A DNA stretch of 64,000 nucleotides from Pseudomonadota bacterium (GTDB lineage: Bacteria; Bdellovibrionota; Bdellovibrionia; Bdellovibrionales; Bdellovibrionaceae), in contig JBEGVH010000013.1 of the NCBI GenBank assembly GCA_041178425.1, forward strand, positions 1 through 64,000, given 5' to 3'. Of the stretch, positions 58,656 to 64,000 are shown one piece after another. The translations under genes were made by a program, and so were the position numbers. Each line of letters starts with the position of its first letter. Position 1 is the stretch's first letter. The notes under the pieces are model-generated. The model saw only the letters and a list, made by a program, of their open reading frames with translations. It did no database searches and was not told where the DNA came from.

Positions 58656-59297
58656 TTACGATTCTTGAGCGAAGGAGATCAGGCCACTTCGATTAGAGAT
58701 ATGTATGTCTCGACCGTCCTGCGTGATGAGGCCCTTGTTTTCAAGTTCGGCAAGCCCACGAATGATTGTTGGGCCGGTGCTAGCGCAGAAATGAGCAATT
58801 TCATTGCGGGTCCAGCGATGGTTCGGATGAATCTCTTTTAAATACAAAATTGAACTGGCGAGTCTTTTAAGGACTTCTTGATCGGCGATTTTGAGACGCT
58901 GGTTTTCTGCAAGCCCCAATTCTTTGGCAAGAGTTTCGATAACAAGGCGAGCGGCCTCAGGAAATTGGACTAAGACTTGTTCTACTACGCGAAGTGGGAC
59001 CAAGCCTATTTCGCTCTCTTCGAGGCACACTGACCTAGCATAATAAGTTTCCCTTGCGAATAAGGTGCGGTGACCAAAAAAGTTATTTTCAGCAAAAACA
59101 CGAAGCATGTGCTCACTTCCCTTAGAGCTCGTTGAGACGAGACTGACCAGACCCTTTTTTACAATATAAATGCCGAGTGGGCTTTCGCCCTCTGAGTAAA
59201 TAACGGAACCTTTTTTATATTGGCGATAGTGGGTATTATTGCTTATGAGCGAGATTGCTTGTTCTGGTAGTTCTTGCCAAAAGTTACTTTGTTTCAT
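58656..59297 (-). CDS. Crp/Fnr family transcriptional regulator
   Basis: YKKG..IY.EGE...GIY.V..G.V cNMP-binding-fold start, FFG, RLA..I, and HTH TRNEIAHFCASTGPTIIRGL..L...GLI. Confidence 0.92.
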   Translation of the reverse strand: MKQSNFWQELPEQAISLISNNTHYRQYKKGSVIYSEGESPLGIYIVKKGLVSLVSTSSKGSEHMLRVFAENNFFGHRTLFARETYYARSVCLEESEIGLVPLRVVEQVLVQFPEAARLVIETLAKELGLAENQRLKIADQEVLKRLASSILYLKEIHPNHRWTRNEIAHFCASTGPTIIRGLAELENKGLITQDGRDIHISNRSGLISFAQES

Positions 59298-59308
59298 TTT
59301 TCTTGTCT

Positions 59309-60346
59309 CTATATTAATTTTTTTAATCCTTCAGCTGGATTGGGATGTGACTCCAACGTCTTAATTTTGTTTATGAATAAAATCAAATCACCATTCACTG
59401 AATCCAGTAGTCTTTGGAAGTCGCTGAGATCGGCTACATAAGTTTTGAAAAGGAGTAAACGGGCATTGTTTAAAGTTATTTTTTCAAAAGAAGAATAAGA
59501 ATCTGTTTTTAAAATTGGCCGAACGAGCATTCTAAATCGATTTTTTATCTCAACAAATTGGTTTTCCCTTAAACTGAGATCCTTTTTGGGATTGCTATCA
59601 TAAAAGACACCTAGCTTTTTAATCTCGTCTGAAATGAAAGCTGAAAAGATTTTTTGGTCTTCATTTTCGTCTTTCATTTTTTGTAGATGAATAGACTCGG
59701 TCCCTTCAGTTTCTAGGTAATAAAGTTCAGTTCCTTTATCACCAAGAAATGTGGCCAGTCGTTCATTAAAGTCTGCATTGCTTTTAATGTAGATCGTAGC
59801 ATGCACTGATTCATGAATGATAGTGTTAACCAAATCTTCGTCGGAGTACCTCATCATAGACGACAATATTGGATCGTTGAACCATCCCAGTGTGCTGTAG
59901 GCGCTCACACCTCTGACGTATGTGTCATATCCTTGTGATTGTAGCAGAGAGGCTTCTTTTTTAGCATCTTCCTCCTCAGGAAAGCCCTTGTAGGGGACAT
60001 CTCCAACTATTGGAAAATGCCAGAGGAAATGCTCAAGTTTCCATTGGTGAGATGCGTTCACTGACCACACCACATACGGCTTATTGAGTTGAACATAGGA
60101 AGCATAGTTTTTTCCAACATTGAGCAATAGCTTCTCTTGGGCAAACAATCTGGCGCTTTGGCTTAGCTCTAACTTTGCTTTGTCTTTTTCGTTGAGCTTG
60201 CCCGATGCGATCACTTGATCAATTGGCTGTCTTTGGTAGAGAATATTCATCTGATTATAGGCGTTTTTTACCAAGTAGGTAAATTGGCAGCCACTCAAGG
60301 AGGTAAGGGCGAGTGCAGTGACAAGCCAGCGAACTAAAACATCCAT
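59309..60346 (-). CDS. Predicted zinc aminopeptidase lipoprotein (DUF2265-like)
   Basis: Lipobox LSGC, W.FPIVG.VPYKG, AYSTLGWF.DP, HESVH (HExxH) and FNERLA motifs. Confidence 0.85.
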   Translation of the reverse strand: MDVLVRWLVTALALTSLSGCQFTYLVKNAYNQMNILYQRQPIDQVIASGKLNEKDKAKLELSQSARLFAQEKLLLNVGKNYASYVQLNKPYVVWSVNASHQWKLEHFLWHFPIVGDVPYKGFPEEEDAKKEASLLQSQGYDTYVRGVSAYSTLGWFNDPILSSMMRYSDEDLVNTIIHESVHATIYIKSNADFNERLATFLGDKGTELYYLETEGTESIHLQKMKDENEDQKIFSAFISDEIKKLGVFYDSNPKKDLSLRENQFVEIKNRFRMLVRPILKTDSYSSFEKITLNNARLLLFKTYVADLSDFQRLLDSVNGDLILFINKIKTLESHPNPAEGLKKLI

Positions 60347-60894
60347 GTGATTCCGGTTCGACTGGCCATATCGTTCGAAGCGGTTGAGCTGTCTCTCCAG
60401 ATATCGAGGCTGGTGGTAAGGCCGAAGCTTTCTGTAAGCTTTACCTTCATCCCGACGCCATAGGAGGGAACATATCCCGGGGAAGGGGTGGTTTCAAATG
60501 AAGGGGTACCATCATCTTGGGTTGTCTGTCTTTTTTGAATATAGGCAACACCACCTTTTATAAAAGGTTGGAACGTTGAGCGACGATCAGAAAAGCCTAG
60601 AATGAGATCGCTTCCATAAACTGATGAGTGCTGAGTGATCGTTCGTGTTGGCTGCCCTGTGTCTTGCTCCTTGCGAACGGCAATTCCCTGAGTATAGCTA
60701 AATTCAAGGGCTACGCGTTCCCAAATGAAAAATGAGACTGACCCTGAAATCATCTCTGATTCAACGTAGTTCATTTGGCTAAAAGAGGTCTTTTTGTAGC
60801 TCTGCGAAACCCCAAACTCAGTATAAATAGCGTGAGCAAGGGAAGACGTGAGTACGCAGGTGAGCATTGATAAAAAAGTGATCAGGTTTTTCAT
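60334..60894 (-). CDS. Small outer-membrane beta-barrel protein
   Basis: Signal peptide, alternating beta strands (QPFIKGG.AY, YGVGMKV) and terminal aromatic WMF. Confidence 0.75.
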   Translation of the reverse strand: MKNLITFLSMLTCVLTSSLAHAIYTEFGVSQSYKKTSFSQMNYVESEMISGSVSFFIWERVALEFSYTQGIAVRKEQDTGQPTRTITQHSSVYGSDLILGFSDRRSTFQPFIKGGVAYIQKRQTTQDDGTPSFETTPSPGYVPSYGVGMKVKLTESFGLTTSLDIWRDSSTASNDMASRTGITWMF

Positions 60895-60947
60895 GACTCC
60901 AGTTTACTGAATGGTGCGTGAGCTGGGCAGTCCTGAAAATGAATTCG

Positions 60948-61799
60948 TCAAAAGACGTGAAAAATGTATTTAAGGAGGATTGTTCCCTCTTCGTTGACGA
61001 TTTCTTTTGGAGGGTGAGGAAAAAAACCAGCCCTTTGGAAGGCCTCAATGGCGGCGGTGTCATATCCTTCGATGCCTGAGCTTTTTAGAAGAACAACTTT
61101 CATAAGTTTTCCATCTGGATCAAGCAATACATCAATTCTCGTCGCCCATCCTCCTTTAGGACGAAAAGGCTGTTTGTTGGTTAACTTTTGAGTCTCATGG
61201 GTTATTCGTTCCTCCCAGGGGGGGCGAATCATTTCCTCTATGCGAGAGTAGAATGAGTAAAAGAGATGGCGGTCGGTATTGAGGGCCGTAAATTGCCCAA
61301 TATCCACTTTTTTATTAAGGTGATTGCCAAAAGTCGAAGGGCTTAAATCTAAAGGAATTTTGTTGCTGATTTCTCCCGAGTCCTTGGTCTCTGAATTTAT
61401 GTTTACATTACCGTTTGTTTCAATTTGTGGTTGATTTCTTTGGGCACTTGTTTTGTTGGAATGATCAGCAAGAGCCTTCGTTTGGGCATTTTTTGTTAGA
61501 CCAGCCAGATTTGCAGCCATTTCTTTTTTAACGCGTTGAAGTTTTTCAGAAAGCAAATTGGATTTTTTCTTTAGAGCATCGATGGAGTCGTCTATAAGTT
61601 CCTTGGGTGCTTCTGTAAATCGAATGGGGCTTGGGTTAGATTTTTGCTTTCCTTCTTTTTCAATAAGATCAATTTCAACGGTTTTCGTAAATCGAGGGGT
61701 CGATTTTTTTGGGTAATAAAATGTATAGCTCATCCAGTAACTTCCTAGATGAATGACGAGGCTTAAAAAAATAAAAAACCAAATGAGACGACTAAACAC
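60948..61799 (-). CDS. TonB/TolA C-terminal domain protein (energy transducer-like)
   Basis: N-terminal TM with SLVIH (S-x3-H), linker, and C-terminal G.L.KV.LL.SSG..GYD.AA..A..A..FP.PP. Confidence 0.8.
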   Translation of the reverse strand: MFSRLIWFFIFLSLVIHLGSYWMSYTFYYPKKSTPRFTKTVEIDLIEKEGKQKSNPSPIRFTEAPKELIDDSIDALKKKSNLLSEKLQRVKKEMAANLAGLTKNAQTKALADHSNKTSAQRNQPQIETNGNVNINSETKDSGEISNKIPLDLSPSTFGNHLNKKVDIGQFTALNTDRHLFYSFYSRIEEMIRPPWEERITHETQKLTNKQPFRPKGGWATRIDVLLDPDGKLMKVVLLKSSGIEGYDTAAIEAFQRAGFFPHPPKEIVNEEGTILLKYIFHVF

Positions 61800-61921
61800 G
61801 TTGCCACTATATCGCTGGTGTCAAAATTTTGGCAACTGTTTGCCGTTTAAACAGTGAGTTGTATTCATTTGAGACCTTCACCTGAAAGTTAGGTCGAGCG
61901 TTTTATCTTATTTGTTAACCC

Positions 61922-61948
61922 TAAAGTCTCTCATTGAAACGCCGAAAA
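61922..61948 (+). promoter_or_regulatory. Putative sigma28 (FliA) promoter for the PilZ gene
   Basis: TAAA-N15-GCCGAAAA followed by SD GGAGG and ATG 61967. Confidence 0.7.
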
Positions 61949-61966
61949 GAATCTTGTGGAGGTTCT

Positions 61967-62473
61967 ATGGGTGACGTCATTGATCTAAAAGGCCGACGAA
62001 AAGGATTCGAGGTAACCGTTGAGTCAACTTACTCGAGTCCTATCATGGATATTACCGACCTACGCAAAGAACAAATTCAATCTGATCGACGAGATGCTAA
62101 AAGAACCATTTTGAATGGATTCGTTGGGGCCTCGGTCGTTGTGCCCGGTCGTGGACTCCTCAAGGTAGGAATTTTTGATATTTCAAAGGGTGGATTGTCT
62201 TTCGATACAAGCTCTGAGTCAGGCCACTTTGCGGAGGGCGAAGAGGTTGCGATGAGATTTTATTTTAATCACAGCGTGTATTTTCCTTTTGTAGTGAGAA
62301 TTACTAGTTTTCGAACAAAGGTTGACGAGGGGATAAGTCGTCATGGGGCTACCTTCGTTATGGACCAGTCGGACGTGCATGTTCTCAGTCACTTTGTGGA
62401 TTTTATTGAATCAGTGGTTTCTGGGCTGAAGACTGATAAAGGCGACTTGTTTATTAATGAATTTGGGGGTTAA
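61967..62473 (+). CDS. PilZ domain c-di-GMP receptor
   Basis: RDAKR (RxxxR) and DISKGG (DxSxxG) motifs; start placed behind GGAGG. Confidence 0.85.
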   Translation: MGDVIDLKGRRKGFEVTVESTYSSPIMDITDLRKEQIQSDRRDAKRTILNGFVGASVVVPGRGLLKVGIFDISKGGLSFDTSSESGHFAEGEEVAMRFYFNHSVYFPFVVRITSFRTKVDEGISRHGATFVMDQSDVHVLSHFVDFIESVVSGLKTDKGDLFINEFGG

Positions 62474-62592
62474 TCCTCAGGCCCTTCTGTTTAAATTATT
62501 TTGCAGCATGTAAGAATCAAATAGTATCAATCGGACCTAGACATTCGGTTGGGCCTCGTTTGCAATAGAGGTACAACTCGAAGGGGGTTCGT

Positions 62593-63906
62593 ATGGCCAA
62601 AGTGAAAAGACGAAAAATTGTAGTTGATACCAACGTCATCCTTTTTGACGCCCTTGCTATTTGTCGGTTTCAAGACGCAGACGTGTACGTACCCATTTCG
62701 GTGATCGAAGAGGTCGATCGATTTAAGCGAGACCTTGGAGAAAATGGTCGAAATGCTCGCCAATTTAGTCGGTTCGTAGATGTTCTCAGAGATAAAGGCT
62801 CCCTTTCTGGTGGTGTGCAGTTAGATAACAGCGAAACAGTTATTTACGTAACTAGTGACGCCGGTCACGTTGGCTTATTACATGAAGACAAGGTCGATAA
62901 TCGGATTCTTGCAACGGCATTGTCTCTTCAAAAGCAATTTCCCAAATTCACTGTTGAGCTAATTACAAAAGACATCAATTTAAGGATCAAAGCAGATGTC
63001 CTTGGTATTCATGCGAAAGACTATGAGCCTGAGAGTGTTTCTGCAGATGAGCTCTATGAGGGCTACCAAGAAATTGAAGTCACATCAGAGCAAATTGATC
63101 AGTTCTATCAGGACAAGAGGTTTACTCTTCCTGAGAGCCAAAAAGTATATGCCAATGAGTACGTCATAATGAAAAGCTCTAATAACGGAAATCACAGTGC
63201 TGTTGGTCGTTACTGCCACAAAGAAAAAGCGATAGTTCCTTTGGCTGTACACACTGAAAACATTTGGGGAATTCATCCTAGAAACGTAGAGCAAAGTTTT
63301 GCTTTAGATGCGCTCCTTAATGATGAAATACTCTTTGTTTCCCTTGTTGGAAAGGCTGGAACGGGAAAGACGCTAATGGCGATTGCTGCGGGTTTGCATA
63401 AGACTCTAGATGAAGGGCACTTCCAGCGTTTGCTTGTGAGTCGACCTATTTTTCCGATGGGAAGAGATATCGGGTACCTCCCGGGGGATATCGAGCAAAA
63501 GCTCAATCCTTGGATGCAGCCAATCTTTGACAACGTTGAATTTTTAATGGGAGCTGACAAGAAAGCCGCGGGTAGAGCTCAGGAGCTCATTAATCAAGGT
63601 ATGCTAAATATTGAGCCACTAACCTATATTCGTGGTCGAAGTATTCCAAAGCAGTACCTCATAGTTGATGAAGCTCAGAACTTAACTCCCCATGAAATCA
63701 AGACCATTGTTACCAGAGCTGGTCAGGGCACAAAAGTGGTTCTCACTGGAGATGTTTATCAAATCGATAACCCTTATGTCGACGCAGCCAACTCAGGTCT
63801 AACCTACGCCGTTGAGCGATTTAAGGGGCACCCGATTTCTGCCCATCTGACCTTGACGAAGGGTGAGCGTTCAGCACTGGCGGAATTAGCTGCCAATATT
63901 TTGTAA
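62593..63906 (+). CDS. PIN-PhoH fusion protein (PhoH2/YlaK type)
   Basis: VVDTNVIL, EEVD, DNRIL and TKDINLR (PIN); GKAGTGKT, GYLPG, RGRS, DEAQN and TRAG (PhoH). Confidence 0.93.
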   Translation: MAKVKRRKIVVDTNVILFDALAICRFQDADVYVPISVIEEVDRFKRDLGENGRNARQFSRFVDVLRDKGSLSGGVQLDNSETVIYVTSDAGHVGLLHEDKVDNRILATALSLQKQFPKFTVELITKDINLRIKADVLGIHAKDYEPESVSADELYEGYQEIEVTSEQIDQFYQDKRFTLPESQKVYANEYVIMKSSNNGNHSAVGRYCHKEKAIVPLAVHTENIWGIHPRNVEQSFALDALLNDEILFVSLVGKAGTGKTLMAIAAGLHKTLDEGHFQRLLVSRPIFPMGRDIGYLPGDIEQKLNPWMQPIFDNVEFLMGADKKAAGRAQELINQGMLNIEPLTYIRGRSIPKQYLIVDEAQNLTPHEIKTIVTRAGQGTKVVLTGDVYQIDNPYVDAANSGLTYAVERFKGHPISAHLTLTKGERSALAELAANIL

Positions 63907-64000
63907 ATTTTATTTGTTGATTTGATCGAAGACTTTTTGCCAGCGACTTTTAGCGAGTAGGCTTTAAGTCGATTTTTGGTAGAGTCTTTTTCAAACTGTT

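Noticed and set aside
62549..62564. Sigma54-like TTGGGCCTCGTTTGCA upstream of PIN-PhoH
   Set aside because: The GG to GC spacing is 9 nt, not the required 10.

Overview
This is a ~64 kb core-chromosome segment from a Bdellovibrionota-like (predatory) bacterium. The assignment is inferred from gene content: an FHA-GGDEF DgcB orthologue, DUF4360, a TPR gene heading the flgBC-fliEFGHIJ operon, and an Rsm22-like methyltransferase. The window opens with the 3' end of an rRNA operon (23S end, 5S, terminator). It then carries lipid and glycerol genes, trmFO, a split glycine-cleavage system with tRNA-Leu(TAG), epmA, a Lon-like protease, mlaEFD, and a 15 kb flagellar basal-body/hook operon. The right half holds housekeeping genes (rluA-type, mazG, IHF/HU, pyrD, gdh, hldA, rlmN), a DgcB-type cyclase, a six-gene sulfide/persulfide oxidation cluster, a PilZ gene and a PIN-PhoH gene. 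I saw no CRISPR array, transposase, integrase or prophage. The most notable signals are: (1) a Crp/Fnr-rhodanese-YeeE-YeeE-SQR-PDO module with two matching non-canonical Crp-type boxes (TATGT-N6-GCAT[A/G]) at almost the same distance from two start codons, suggesting an undescribed Crp/Fnr-controlled sulfide/persulfide regulon; (2) a three-hairpin leader before flgE whose Shine-Dalgarno lies in a consensus CsrA loop; (3) a lipase-fold protein with Gly at the catalytic Ser position; (4) an EpmA with a possible OB-fold remnant; (5) recurrent leaderless-type promoter geometry. All calls come from reading motifs by eye; no database searches were run.
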